A model generated the notes under the pieces. The model was not told the DNA's origin, did no database searches, and saw nothing but the letters and a program-made list of their open reading frames with translations. From contig NW_005434587.1 in NCBI RefSeq assembly GCF_000315625.1, positions 1 to 64,000 on the forward strand: 64,000 nucleotides of DNA. The letters are read 5' to 3'. Origin of the DNA: Guillardia theta CCMP2712 (lineage: Eukaryota > Protista > Cryptophyta). The translations under genes were made by a program, and so were the position numbers. Positions 1 through 12,599 of the stretch are shown here, in pieces; positions within the stretch are counted from its first letter, which is position 1, and every line of letters begins with the position of its first letter.

Positions 1-519
1 GAGAGAGGGAGAGGGAGCAGGGAGATCGAGGAGGAGAGCGAGAGCGAGAGGGAGGAGGAGCGGGAGGACCCGCCTCGGCTTCTGGTGTGCTAAATTTTTA
101 AGATGAGAAAAGTTCATCTTGAGATGCCGAGACACCATCCAACGCTGTAGTTTCTTTCACGGTTCGCCGCCCTTTCTGCCAAGACCCAGAGAAAGCGCAA
201 AGAATCGTCCTGCAGGAGGCCATCAGTACTCGCAATGATGGGATGGAAAGCTGGGCATACGCGAGGCGATGATCTCGAATTTTCCGTTGAGCTGCAGCAG
301 CCGACTTCCGTCTTGCGCGATGGGGTGAACTTTGCTCGTCGAACCCGTGTGACATGCTGAAGTAATGGATGCGATAATGTCGTTTGGAAGATTTTCGGTG
401 AGATCACGGTCTTTACTAGTTCCTCAAGAAGGGAAAAAACAAGGAAAACTGACTCATCAGCAGGCGCACCCGAGGGGTCGACTAATAATAACTTTTCAGG
501 GAGTTGTTCTGCTGATGTC

Positions 520-983
520 TTGGTGGATGACAATACAAAGGTGTTGGAAAGTGCATGCTTATGGGAAGAAACCAAGGAATTTTCTATATATCTTTATTTG
601 TCAAGGGCGCGACCTAAAGGATCGGACATAGTAAATATATTATCGTGTATGGATACAATAACCAAGGGTAGCAAATTCATTTCAGAATATGAAAAGGAAC
701 ATGGCAAGCTTGGCAAGCATCGTAAGCATTTGAGCATGATTGGAACATTGTTGGCATTGAGAGGCCAGGGCATTGGTTCAATGTTGATGAAATACACATT
801 AGACAGAGTAGACTCGTCAAACGGTGCAGTAGTTGATGATTATCATTATCTGGAGAAGAGCAATCCCAAGAATGTGCCTTTGTATCAAAGACATGGATTT
901 TAACTGTTGGAGAGTTGGGAATCATGGGTGGCATGGTAACCTTTATGATTCGTAGAAGGGAGGCAAACAGAATCCCAGAATAA
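520..983 (+). pseudogene. GNAT-family N-acetyltransferase, frameshifted near the C-terminus
   Basis: Acetyl-CoA motif A LSMIGT...RGQGIGSMLM and motif B YLEKSNPKNVPLYQRHGF. A TAA follows GF, while the expected tail TVGELGIMGGMVTFMIR...* continues in another frame to 983. Start uncertain. Confidence 0.7.
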
Positions 984-2419
984 TCTTACAGTAGTACAAA
1001 ATCGACGCAGGGTGGCAGAGGATTCTTCAAGGTGGATTCATTGATTATGTCTTGTGTTTGAGATGGTATCCGCTTTGATATTGAGTTATAAAAGCTCTAC
1101 CTTTCTGTTTCCAATAGCTGCAGCTCATTTTTCCTTGGAAACATGAAGGAAGGTTGCGCTATCAACAGGTTTTGGTTTTGTTTCTTTCTACGGCGTATAT
1201 GAACTGAACAATGAGCAAGAATACCTGAGAACTATGCAAAATATCTTATTGCTTTGTAAGAATGATGCCCGGATGCGATGCACAGAGTGGCACAGTATCA
1301 TATCAATCAAGTACATGTTTAGGAGATGGTGTAGCTTATTGATGATAATCATCTTTGAGACCGTTTGATCTGAAATAAAGTCTATTCACGGTCACTGTGG
1401 CGGCCTTGGCGTACGGTACCGTAGCGGCTCAACGGTTCCGNNNNNNNNNNNNNNNNNNNNNNNNNNNNNNNNNNNNNNNNNNNNNNNNNNNNNNNNNNNN
1501 NNNNNNNNNNNNNNNNNNNNNNNNNNNNNNNNNNNNNNNNCGGAACGGGAGACAGCGTGGGGTCAGTGCCGAGCGCCAGTCGCACAGTCACCGGTTGCCA
1601 TCGTGTCTGAACNNNNNNNNNNNNNNNNNNNNNNNNNNNNNNNNNNNNNNNNNNNNNNNNNNNNNNNNNNNNNNNNNNNNNNNNNNNNNNNNNNNNNNNN
1701 NNNNNNNNNNNNNNNNNNNNNNNNNNNNNNNNNNNNNNNNNNNNNNNATGCAATCAGGCTTCTGGAACTTCGGAACCGAGCTGCAGCATGGTGATCGGCC
1801 CTGGGGTAGCCGCTGGAAGGGCTTTGGCTGATTCATCGTAGGTTTCCTTCATTTGATTTTCTTTCGAGCTAGTTCCTAATCACCGTTTCAGACTCTGTGA
1901 CGAGTCAATCATGCGTTGTTACGAGGCATGGAGGGATAGGTCACGATTCTTGCAGACCTCAGGATGAAGCAGCCTACTAGGAGGCTGATGAAGGGAGAGA
2001 ACGTTTTGAGATCTCCCGGCAGCGACATCACGTCCAAGCATCGACTTTGCTCAATCTTCAGCCAAAGGGGGATTACTTCGTATGGCATGCGAGCAACCAC
2101 AGATGAAGAGACGAGTGCTGGACAAATAGACAAATGACACGAGGTACAAGTGCACCTGCTTACTGTGTCATCAACTTGCTCCATTCAAGTGGCCGTGGAC
2201 TCGTCAGTGGGATGCAGGTTCAGAGATCACAAGTATCATTTGCACATCTTTTTATGAAGCCATACTAAGTCCGTGCTACATCAGGTGTGGAGTGAAGCAC
2301 TAGTATAGAAAAGCAAAAGCAAAAGAAGCATCTACATATTCATTGAGTTCCTTGCAGTCAAATGTCATCCTATGGTATGCTATGCGATGCAACCGTTGCA
2401 TTGCACCGTGATTGCAAGT

Positions 2420-3116
2420 TTAGCCCTTCTTGTTGCCGACGTCCACATACTTCTTCAGGTACAAGTTCTTTTTGAAAACCTCGTACATGGCATCTGCAAC
2501 ATCCACGTCTATGGACTTGTAATNNNNNNNNNNNNNNNNNNNNNNNNNNNNNNNNNNNNNNNNNNNNNNNNNNNNNNNNNNNNNNNNNNNNNNNNNNNNN
2601 NNNNNNNNNNNNNNNNNNNNNNNTGAACTCGAACGGGCGGAGGATCGTGAAGTCCACAGTGCCCCTGTATTCTTTTCGAAGCCACGTCTCAAACACCTCG
2701 ATGTCTGCATAGATGTTGTTGAGGATGCATGGCTTCACAAACCTTCGGAAAAACCAACCGGCGTTGGGGTGGTCGTGGCAAGAGGTGATTGCGATCAGCC
2801 TCTTGACCCCTTTTCTCTCCATCGCCTCTATAATGCGCGCGTACCCCTGTGAGAATATGACCGTCTTCTCTTTGATCCCGTCGGATCCTGTACATCCAAA
2901 CACCACGTCCTGCCCGACCAGCGCGTCCTCATAGGTCTTGGGGTCCAAAGCATCTGCCTTGATCCACTTGATCTTCGGTTGCTTCTTCATAGCAGCTTCA
3001 GGGTTGCGGGTCACGCCGGTGACCTGGTGTCCTGCTTCAAGGCACTTGTTGACGACCAGCTGGCCGATTCTTCCCGTTGCTCCAAAGACCAAAACATGCT
3101 GATTGCTGCTCGCCAT
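2420..3116 (-). CDS. NAD(P)H-binding Rossmann protein, flavin reductase/BLVRB-like (copy 1, spans an N gap)
   Basis: MASSNQHVLVFGATGRIG (GxxGxxG), GQDVVF, GVKRLI, DFTILRP. Identical to 3932..4591 where sequenced. Confidence 0.85.
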
Positions 3117-3931
3117 GGGCAAGTTGCACTGTGTGTTAGGTGCTGCCCTCCGAGGCTTTTTATGCGTGAGGTGCTGTCTACGACACCGGTGGTATTTCCA
3201 TTCAAATCGGCTATAAGGTGCGGTGGGGTACTTCGAACTCTTGGGGGGATGACTGCTGGCTTTACCAGCGGGGCCCTGAAAGATAGCTTTACTACTGAGT
3301 TGACGCCAAGGCTCTCGCCCCCTCTCATCCCCGTGCATCCCCTCCTGTCCCACTGCAGACATTGCTGCAGCTATTGACATTTGCTGCAGATTGCTGCAGA
3401 CATTGCAGCTGCAGCAATGTCTGTTGCATTGAGTAGTAAACCAATACTTTTACAGTAGGCTACAATGCCACTGATGCTGTGACTGTTCTATGGTACAAAA
3501 AATAACCCCCCTCCCCACCCCCCCGTCTTATATATAGAAGAAGTAAAGAGTAGTAAGCGAAATCGAATTTTCCTGGTACTAATTTTACAACACAGGGGAT
3601 TTCTATCAAAAGTCAATAATAAACAATAATAAACAAAATCTTTTGCAGAAACATACCAGCAGGGTCCTGAAGTGGGACAGGAGGGGGTGCAGGAGTGGGA
3701 CAGGAGGGGGTGCACGGGGATGAGAGGGGGCGAGAGCCTTGGCGTCAACTCAGTAGTAAAGCTATCTTTCAGGGCCCCGCTGGTAAAGCCAGCAGTCATC
3801 CCCCCAAGAGTTCGAAGTACCCCACCGCACCTTATAGCCGATTTGAATGGAAATACCACCGGTGTCGTAGACAGCACCTCACGCATAAAAAGCCTCGGAG
3901 GGCAGCACCTAACACACAGTGCAACTTGCCC

Positions 3932-4591
3932 ATGGCGAGCAGCAATCAGCATGTTTTGGTCTTTGGAGCAACGGGAAGAATCGGCCAGCTGGTCGTCAAC
4001 AAGTGCCTTGAAGCAGGACACCAGGTCACCGGCGTGACCCGCAACCCTGAAGCTGCTATGAAGAAGCAACCGAAGATCAAGTGGATCAAGGCAGATGCTT
4101 TGGACCCCAAGACCTATGAGGACGCGCTGGTCGGGCAGGACGTGGTGTTTGGATGTACAGGATCCGACGGGATCAAAGAGAAGACGGTCATATTCTCACA
4201 GGGGTACGCGCGCATTATAGAGGCGATGGAGAGAAAAGGGGTCAAGAGGCTGATCGCAATCACCTCTTGCCACGACCACCCCAACGCCGGTTGGTTTTTC
4301 CGAAGGTTTGTGAAGCCATGCATCCTCAACAACATCTATGCAGACATCGAGGTGTTTGAGACGTGGCTTCGAAAAGAATACAGGGGCACTGTGGACTTCA
4401 CGATCCTCCGCCCGTTCGAGTTCAAGAAAGGGAAGGGCGGCAAATACGTCATGGCGGAGTCCTACACCGCAGAGTCGACAGGCTGGAATTACAAGTCCAT
4501 AGACGTGGATGTTGCAGATGCCATGTACGAGGTTTTCAAAAAGAACTTGTACCTGAAGAAGTATGTGGACGTCGGCAACAAGAAGGGCTAA
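3932..4591 (+). CDS. NAD(P)H-binding Rossmann protein, flavin reductase/BLVRB-like (copy 2, 219 aa, intronless)
   Basis: ATG at 3932 just before the GATGRIG motif. Atypical SDR pattern ending SIDVDVADAM...KKG*. Confidence 0.88.
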   Translation: MASSNQHVLVFGATGRIGQLVVNKCLEAGHQVTGVTRNPEAAMKKQPKIKWIKADALDPKTYEDALVGQDVVFGCTGSDGIKEKTVIFSQGYARIIEAMERKGVKRLIAITSCHDHPNAGWFFRRFVKPCILNNIYADIEVFETWLRKEYRGTVDFTILRPFEFKKGKGGKYVMAESYTAESTGWNYKSIDVDVADAMYEVFKKNLYLKKYVDVGNKKG

Positions 4592-5949
4592 ACTTGCAAT
4601 CACGGTGCAATGCAACGGTTGCATCGCATAGCATACCATAGGATGACATTTGACTGCAAGGAACTCAATGAATATGTAGATGCTTCTTTTGCTTTTGCTT
4701 TTCTATACTAGTGCTTCACTCCACACCTGATGTAGCACGGACTTAGTATGGCTTCATAAAAAGATGTGCAAATGATACTTGTGATCTCTGAACCTGCATC
4801 CCACTGACGAGTCCACGGCCACTTGAATGGAGCAAGTTGATGACACAGTAAGCAGGTGCACTTGTACCTCGTGTCATTTGTCTATTTGTCCAGCACTCGT
4901 CTCTTCATCTGTGGTTGCTCGCATGCCATACGAAGTAATCCGCCTTTGGCTGAAGATTGAGCAAAGTCGATGCTTGGACGTGATGTCGCTGCCGGGAGAT
5001 CTCAAAACGTTCTCTCCCTTCATCAGCCTCCTAGTAGGCTGCTTCATCCTGAGGTCTGCAAGAATCGTGACCTATCCCTCCATGCCTCGTAACAACGCAT
5101 GATTGACTCGTCACAGAGTCTGAAACGGTGATTAGGAACTAGCTCGAAAGAAAATCAAATGAAGGAAACCTACGATGAATCAGCCAAAGCCCTTCCAGCG
5201 GCTACCCCAGGGCCGATCACCATGCTGCAGCTCGGTTCCGAAGTTCCAGAAGCCTGATTGCATCCACTAAAGAGCAACAACTTCGGATGCTGTCTGCGAT
5301 TCTTGCACAGCCGTGGGCGCTTCCTCGTTTGAGAACTTTCTGACGGTTCACTTATCTCAGCCGCTCGCCGCAAAGTTGCCAGCGTGCTCGCAGCCTATGT
5401 TCAGACACGATGGCAACCGGTGACTGTGCGACTGGCGCTCGGCACTGACCCCACGCTGTCTCCCGTTCCGGCGCCGGAATCGGACCTGGCGCCGGAACCG
5501 TTGAGCCGCTACGGTACCGTACGCCAAGGCCGCCACAGTGACCGTGAATAGACTTTATTTCAGATCAAACGGTCTCAAAGATGATTATCATCAATAAGCT
5601 ACACCATCTCCTAAACATGTACTTGATTGATATGATACCTGTGCCACTCTGTGCATCGCATCCGGCATCATTCTTACAAAGCAATAAGATATTTTGCATA
5701 GTTCTCAGGTATTCTTGCTCATTGTTCAGTTCATATACGCCGTAGAAAGAAACAAAACCAAAACCTGTTGATAGCGCAACCTTCCTTCATGTTTCCAAGG
5801 AAAAATGAGCTGCAGCTATTGGAAACAGAAAGGTAGAGCTTTTATAACTCAATATCAAAGCGGATACCATCTCAAACACAAGACATAATCAATGAATCCA
5901 CCTTGAAGAATCCTCTGCCACCCTGCGTCGATTTTGTACTACTGTAAGA

Positions 5950-6301
5950 TTATTCTGGGATTCTGTTTGCCTCCCTTCTACGAATCATAAAGGTTACCAT
6001 GCCACCCATGATTCCCAACTCTCCAACAGTTAAAATCCATGTCTTTGATACAAAGGCACATTCTTGGGATTGCTCTTCTCCAGATAATGATAATCATCAA
6101 CTACTGCACCGTTTGACGAGTCTACTCTGTCTAATGTGTATTTCATCAACATTGAACCAATGCCCTGGCCTCTCAATGCCAACAATGTTCCAATCATGCT
6201 CAAATGCTTACGATGCTTGCCAAGCTTGCCATGTTCCTTTTCATATTCTGAAATGAATTTGCTACCCTTGGTTATTGTATCCATACACGATAATATATTT
6301 A
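5950..6301 (-). pseudogene. Second GNAT copy, 5'-truncated, with the same frameshift
   Basis: Reverse complement of 632-983. The upstream coding segment is missing. Confidence 0.7.
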
Positions 6302-6729
6302 TTACGTATGCTGTTGCAGCAGCACTAATTGGCAGTGGTTTTCCTTGTTTTTTCCCTTCTTGAGGAACTAGTAAAGACCAAGAGGCTACGTACGCTGGCG
6401 AGGTGTATAATGCTAGAATCGAAGATGTGTACTGGACGTAGACGTACGGTACGTACAACACATTGGTATGATTGAAGCATGACAGTGAGGCTGTATAAAC
6501 CGACACACATGTTTACTCATTGCTGTATTACGGGTTAAAGCCTGACCTCGACATACTAGTAAGCAACCCATCTTAGACGTTGGCCACGTCACGAGTCGTC
6601 AGAATGGGATTGCACGAACATTGACGTGTGTTCTCTTACTGCTGTACGGATGATAAACAAATCTAGCTTCATTGTTCATCTGTTCTACTCCTAAGTGCAC
6701 TATCGCTCAGGCAAGTTGCTGGACTATAG

Positions 6730-7165
6730 TGGTGACCCGGACCGGCATCACTGGCCCGGCTCGGACCCCGGACCGGGCCGGGCCCGGCCCGGCCGGCGGG
6801 CCGGGCCGGAGTCCGGGTCGGAGGCTCACGGCCCGGTCACTGTTCACCGTGCCATCATGGCATGTTGGGCAAGTTGGGCGGCCTTCGGCACGGTCAGTGC
6901 GGCCGCGGTGAGTCGCCGCACTGCAACCTTCAGGCTTCCGGACTCCAGAGTCGGACGGTCCCGGGTCCCGGGCCCGCCCGGGCCCGGCGGCCTGGCCCTC
7001 AGCAGGGCCCGCGGCCCGGAGTCCAGTCACAGTGGACCGTCGGTCGGTCACGGTGTCGGACCGGGGCCGCTCGGGCCGCCGGGGCCGGGCGGTCCGATCC
7101 GAGTCACTGACGTGACTCGGAAGTGCGCCTCCCAGCGGCCGCACCGTCCGTAGGCCGCGTAGTAT
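6730..7165. repeat. GC-rich palindromic dispersed repeat
   Basis: Dense gggcccgg/ccgggccgg, gtgaccg/cggtcac and gactc/gagtc motifs, shared with other intergenic patches in this window. Confidence 0.7.
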
Positions 7166-7339
7166 TACTAGTATCATTATCATTGCAAGTTTACTTCACA
7201 TCATGGCTCGGGCCCATGTTTTAGCACCAGGTTTGAAGCTGAGCCTACTAGGGCTGTCCGGTATGACTCAATGAGGGAAGGCCTTCAATCAAGGGTTAGG
7301 ATTGCAATCATTGTGCATGTAGTTCTGATGCTTCGACTG

Positions 7340-8140
7340 GCATTCTATCGTCCTTCCTCCTCCATTTCCCGTTGCCCCATCGTGCCAGGTTCCTGAGGAG
7401 GCCTGAAATGGAGAGATTGGCCCCAGGTAATCCACGCCATCCGTCGCATCGCCCTGTTGAAAGAGAATGACTCAGTACAGAAATCAAACAGTGCAAAACT
7501 GATTTCCAACTCACATCAGGACCGACGCCCCACTCATCATGAAGAGATTGCAGTGCTCTGAGCTTTGTTGCCAACTCTGTTCAAGTGCCACTAGTCACAT
7601 ATATCATTCGATTACATCGCAAAATGACAAGCAGCCGTCACTTAGTGATTCACGAGTTTGAAAATATCAGCTGAGTTGCTGCACTTGTTTGTCCAAGGAA
7701 TGGGAATAATACTATGTACTTGCAAAGATACTGATGAGAATACAATGTTGTGTTGGACAGTGATAGAACACTGCTGAGAGGGTTGTGGAGAGTAGAAGGA
7801 ACTGAGGCACAATCTTCTCTTATAGGCACATGAAAGGCAAACTTGGAGGGATATAGGTCTGCATGAACTTGAGTGCTCGAACTCAATCATTGTCTCATGA
7901 CTCTGATTTGCAAGCCTGCAGAGGAAGGAAGGGGGTTGGGTTGGTTCAACGGTTTGCGTTTGACAGGTTTCAAGGTGAGGACACCCAGTAAGACTGAGCT
8001 CAGAGTGCCCCGAGGGGAGCAGGTGAGAGCAGCCAGGGGAACGAGAAGAAGAGAGCATGAGAGCCACGAGGAGGAGGGATTGAGGTCATCGGAGGGCCCC
8101 AAGAGGAGCATTTCAATCTTCTCACCGAACATCCCCATGG
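7340..8140 (-). CDS. Possible multi-exon hypothetical protein
   Basis: Several short minus-strand ORFs with plausible splice sites. No recognisable domain. Confidence 0.3.
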
Positions 8141-8549
8141 TGATCGCCCACCGTCCGCGAAAATATCTTGACCCGCTTTTCAATAATTTTTTTTTGAAGG
8201 GGATGTGTCGGCTCTCATCCGGGTCCTCTCCCGGCGACGGCGATCAGTACCTCAGTCTCGACTCTCAGCAGTCACTCACAGTCGGAGGGCCCTACGGCCC
8301 GGCCACGGCGCCGCGGGTGTAACAGACTGACTCAGCGGCCCTTGAAGGCGGCGCCGTCAACGGTTGCCCTCGTGTTTACTCAACTTGAGTTCAGCACGCG
8401 GCGGCGGGGCCCGTTTCAAGTTTCATTTTTGGCAAAGGGCCTGCGGCAGTCTCATCCAAGATTTACTCACTGGCAAACTTCCCGGCAGATCATACTATCA
8501 CCCCAACAAACATAACCTCTACAATCACTATCACGACTGAGACTCTCAT

Positions 8550-9848
8550 TCACCACGTTTCTGTCCTGCATATTACATCTTTCCCCCGGTTTCTCGTCCC
8601 TCGACTACCCCATCGGAAATAGCTCACACACCCTGATTGCTTCCGTCTCCACGCCTCTACCTCCTCCAGTAGCTCCTCCGCCCTCGGCCGATCCTCCGCC
8701 CTCTCCGCCCATGACCGCTTCATCACCTCCTGTAGCTCCCGAGGCATCGTCCGATCGCTCGGCACAGCAGGACGAAAATTGTGCGTTGCTGCCATCCTCG
8801 CTATCATGTAGCCGTCGATATTACAAAATGGATGGTCGCCAGCGAAGATGAACCACATCACCAGGGAGAACGAGTACACGTCCACCGCCGACGTGTACCG
8901 AGCCTCTTCCCGGAAGATCTCAGGCGCCATGTACCGGTACGTCCCCGTCGTCCCCGTCAAGTCGTATGACGAGCTTGCCTCATGGTCCGACGACAAGAAG
9001 TCTTGGTAGCCCGTGCGTCCACCCGGTGTAAGCGGCGCCTTCGGCGACGCGTGCGGACACATGCGACTAAGCCCGAAGTCCCCGATCTTGACCGTCCTCC
9101 CGTCCCCCGTCAGCAGCATGTTGGCCGGCTTGATGTCTCGGTGGATGACCGGCGGCTTCTGAGAGTGCAAGTACGCCAGCGCGCTCAGGATGTCCTCCAC
9201 CCATGCCACCGCCCTCCTCGTCTTGGGCTGCCAGCGTCCGTCGCGTCGAGAGTGCTTCTTGGCCTCGTAGTACTGCTCCAGGCTCCCCCCGGGCATCAGT
9301 TCCATCACCAGCCAAGGCAGCCCGTCATGCTCGTAGATGCCGTGAAAGTCCACGACGTTCTTGTGCCGGAACGCGTGGCTCATCATGCCGATCTCCTTGA
9401 GCAGGTCCTTGCCCTCCTCGGAATGGACGTCGAGCTTGGAGCACAGGGTCTTGACGGCGACGACGGTTCCGTTGTAGAGGGCACTCCTAACCTCACCAGA
9501 GGAGCCTTGGCCGAGGATGTCTCCGACCAGGAGGGAGGACTTGCGAATGGCGAAGGAGCCGCAGCGGTCGAGGTCAGGCTGTTTGAAGACATTATGGTGG
9601 GAGGCGAGCTGAAGAAAGACAGGGCATTCTTCTTCCAGTGAACATGGGCGAGCAAACTTGATTTCAGGTAAGGAATTATCTCCGCTTGTTGTTGATCCCA
9701 GAATTACGGGCAAATTTTCATCAGTGATTTCGATCTTGATGTCATTTTTTCTTAAAACGATATCCTCCACGCTCAGAGATCTTTTGACGTCACGAGAGGA
9801 ACTGATCTTTTCGTCGCTTTTTTGTCTCGCTTGATCGCTATGGCGCAT
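8550..9848 (-). CDS. TKL/Raf-like Ser/Thr protein kinase, apparently intronless (432 aa)
   Basis: GQGSSG, VAVK, HRDIKPAN, DFG, GTYRYMAPE, DVYSF motifs. Confidence 0.93.
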   Translation of the reverse strand: MRHSDQARQKSDEKISSSRDVKRSLSVEDIVLRKNDIKIEITDENLPVILGSTTSGDNSLPEIKFARPCSLEEECPVFLQLASHHNVFKQPDLDRCGSFAIRKSSLLVGDILGQGSSGEVRSALYNGTVVAVKTLCSKLDVHSEEGKDLLKEIGMMSHAFRHKNVVDFHGIYEHDGLPWLVMELMPGGSLEQYYEAKKHSRRDGRWQPKTRRAVAWVEDILSALAYLHSQKPPVIHRDIKPANMLLTGDGRTVKIGDFGLSRMCPHASPKAPLTPGGRTGYQDFLSSDHEASSSYDLTGTTGTYRYMAPEIFREEARYTSAVDVYSFSLVMWFIFAGDHPFCNIDGYMIARMAATHNFRPAVPSDRTMPRELQEVMKRSWAERAEDRPRAEELLEEVEAWRRKQSGCVSYFRWGSRGTRNRGKDVICRTETW

Positions 9849-10284
9849 CCTCTTCTCTTCTCAGGTGAAGAGCCCTCTTTTACCCCAGCATCGTTGTTCA
9901 ACTGATGTGCTTGCGGGGGAACACAGAACTGAAACTCGAGCCTGGTCTCAAGTCAAAGAGGTTGAGGTCATTGGGTGGGGGTTTCAGATACTAGAATGGG
10001 GGGGTGGAGGCCTTCCCCGAAGTTTACTACACAAACTTAATCGGAGATGGGGTGAACAGGGGTGATTTACTGGTAAATAACAGGGGTGGGGAGTGGGGGG
10101 GGGGGTTCCAATTCCTGAAGTTAATACGGCGGCTCTTGGGAGTAAAGTGGCACTTCGGGGTGGGACGTGAGCGATAGAAATACCTTTGAGACACGTACCC
10201 AGACCTGTGGGAGATATCTTGAAGTACCTACCCTACCCTCCAGCCTCCCCGGGATTACACTGCCGCACTACCGTGCCCCTTCAG

Positions 10285-10590
10285 TCGTCACTGAGTTCCG
10301 AATCGGAAGTTCTGATCAGTCCGATCCGGCCCGGCTCGAGTCCGACGCCGGTGCGGCGGGCCGGGCCGGGCGGGCCGGGCCGGGCGGTTCCCGGGCCCGC
10401 TCGGGCCAGCCGGCGGTCACGGTACCGTAGTACCCGGTGACCGGACCTGAGAGTCTGTCGCAGTGCTGTCCGGCCACAGCCCGGAGTCCCGGTGCCAACT
10501 CGCGGCGGCGGCCCCCGGTGCCACTGGCTCGCGGCCGCGCACGGTGCCGCTTGCCGGGCAACCGTTGAAACGGTACGGTACTTGCCAGGC
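10285..10590. repeat. GC-rich palindromic dispersed repeat
   Basis: Same motif set as 6730-7165. Confidence 0.7.
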
Positions 10591-11269
10591 CGCTTACTCA
10601 GTAGCAGGCGGCACTGAAAGAAATGAGACTCTGAGGCATGATACATAGTCAGGAGATGGGCGGAAGTGATATGTGTTAACATCCGAGATTTAGTACTACA
10701 TTTTATTCAATATTGCGAGGCACTAACAGATGGATGACTCTGACCGAGGCAAGGGTGCTGGCCATGCCAAGTGATGGTTGCCCGACAATCAGTTGTTGCT
10801 AGCAGGTCAAGCGCCGGGCGAGTCTTCCAGAGGTGAGAGAGAGAAAGAGAGGGGAATATAGGGGGGAAGGGACGGGGGATTTGGGAGGGGGACTTGTTAG
10901 TAGAGGATCTCAGTTCTTTCAGGCATCATGGTCCTCTGTCAAACTCCTGCCCTCGGCGTCTTGCCTTTGTGCCACAGCGGTGGTACCTATTCCATGCGAT
11001 CAGAGCAATAATTGAAAATGAAACTAACCTTTGACAAGTTTGGATCTGCTTTCCCCTGCATCTGCTGCTGCTTAATTTGGATAGGGACCGGATCCAGAGA
11101 ATGTCTCCATCTGTGTGGGGAAAGGTTAAACGGATGCACGTACTTGTTATATAGAACCTGTCGTCCCCAGTCCTGGATGAATCAAAGACGCTATCCCTGC
11201 TGAAAAGATGGATACTATGTTCGTGCGAAGGAGTGGAATCACCTTCCAGAGTACAAGCTATCATTCCCA

Positions 11270-12599
11270 TCATTGTTTGCTTCCTCCTATATCAGCACCA
11301 ACGAGTCAGGAGCTCATGCAATGATACAATATCCTTAACACTCATACCTGCTCGCATGCATCCACGATCATAGACGCCAAGAGGATCAGTGCAACGTCCA
11401 CAGAGGCGGCAACATGAACAAAGTAGGAGTCTTTTGGCAGAGATGCGCTTGAACAAGCAGTCAATGACCAATTCATCTCATCCAGGGTAAGTGCTTACCT
11501 TCCGTCCACATTCCTTTCGACTCTTGCTATTCGCCTTTGGTCCCGTGATCGGAATTCATAAAACCTAGAAAAGCAATTTCAGCAAAAAATCTTCACAGTA
11601 GATTTGTGTTGATCGAGACAACAAGTTTCTCAACGAAACACACGGCAGCAAAAATTGATCACCAGTAATCACAACTGCTAAAGTCGCCGCCTATAATCAG
11701 CCTTGGTTCGGTACATCCGGCGTGATCCTCTGACGTCTATAAGACATGTCAAACCAATGAAACAAAAACTCGGCGAGGTTTGAAATACGAATCCCTGAAG
11801 ATTCTTGTACAAAACATTCAACATATCCATCATTTCATTTACATGTTGTCCTTTTGAGCTCTCCTTTCTTCTGAGCTAAGAAGAAAATCCTGCACCCCTT
11901 CTCACATGAACGAACTGGTCTAGTTTTCCTCACAGCCTGTCTTCCTGACTTCCTGCTCACCCCTCCGTTCATCTTCCCATCTCTGTATAAATGCTATAAA
12001 GAATCAATTTCGGCGGCATTTACCTTTGAAGGAAAGGGCGCGTCATGGAGGTATACGTGATACGCTGGTCGGCCTTCAACATTCTGTAAAGGACATTTAG
12101 GACGTCTCTATGCGTAGTTGCCATTACCTCACGCCTTAGCGTTACTCTCCTTTCATGTGATACATAAATATGCCAGACACTCGAGCTCTTTTTCTCAATT
12201 TCACAATGTGGCGCTCCAGTATTCAAGACAAGCTTCTTTTTCCCCGTCCACTGTCGATACAAAGATATCATTACAAGACACATCTCTTCTGCTCTTCCCA
12301 ATGTTTTGTATCCACACAAATTCCACATCATAACAGACTGCAAAAAAAAAAAATCCACAAGCTACTCCATTCATTACCTGCGCATCCTTGCCCTCGAGCT
12401 TGAACCAGTCGTTTCCAGCAACATCCTTGACGTCATATGACTGACTAGAGTGCCAGACACGTTGACGCATGATAAAAAGCTCAGGCTGTTCGGGCTGGAA
12501 GGTTACATACTGGTTCCCTAGAGCACTGATCGGCTTCGAGGGCATGGCGGGCGCGTCAGGCGGGCGTCTCTTGCCGCAGCAGCTCTCGACCGCGCCCAT
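11270..12599 (-). CDS. LURP-one/tubby-C (scramblase-like) protein, multi-exon, probably N-acylated
   Basis: Exon 1 reads MGAVESCC...FIMRQRVWHSSQSYDVKDVAGNDWFKLEG. Later exons read IIGGDF, RIARVER and DSYFVHVAASVDVALILLASMIVD. 3' end approximate. Confidence 0.7.

Larger units (their letters stand above)
408..3354. repeat. Left arm of a ~2.7-2.9 kb inverted duplication
   Basis: Reverse complement of 3694-6379 with only a few substitutions and indels. The same ORFs appear on the opposite strand (1909..2184- vs 4827..5102+; 677..934- vs 5999..6256+). Contains three N gaps. 450-631 has no counterpart in the right arm. Confidence 0.95.
3694..6379. repeat. Right arm of the inverted duplication
   Basis: Reverse complement of 408-3354 with no gaps. 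6302-6337 replaces the left arm's 450-631. Confidence 0.95.

Noticed and set aside
895-905. Programmed -1 frameshift in the GNAT gene
   Set aside because: No canonical X XXY YYZ heptamer in frame and no evident downstream structure; pseudogenisation is simpler.
3695-3931. 79-aa N-terminal extension of the reductase
   Set aside because: It starts at a non-ATG codon in copy 2 and crosses promoter-like sequence; ATG 3932 directly precedes the Rossmann motif.
6672-7183. Overlapping G/P/R-rich ORFs (also 10167-10682, 31796-32227, 37530-37886)
   Set aside because: Stop-poor GC-rich repeats with no protein motifs.
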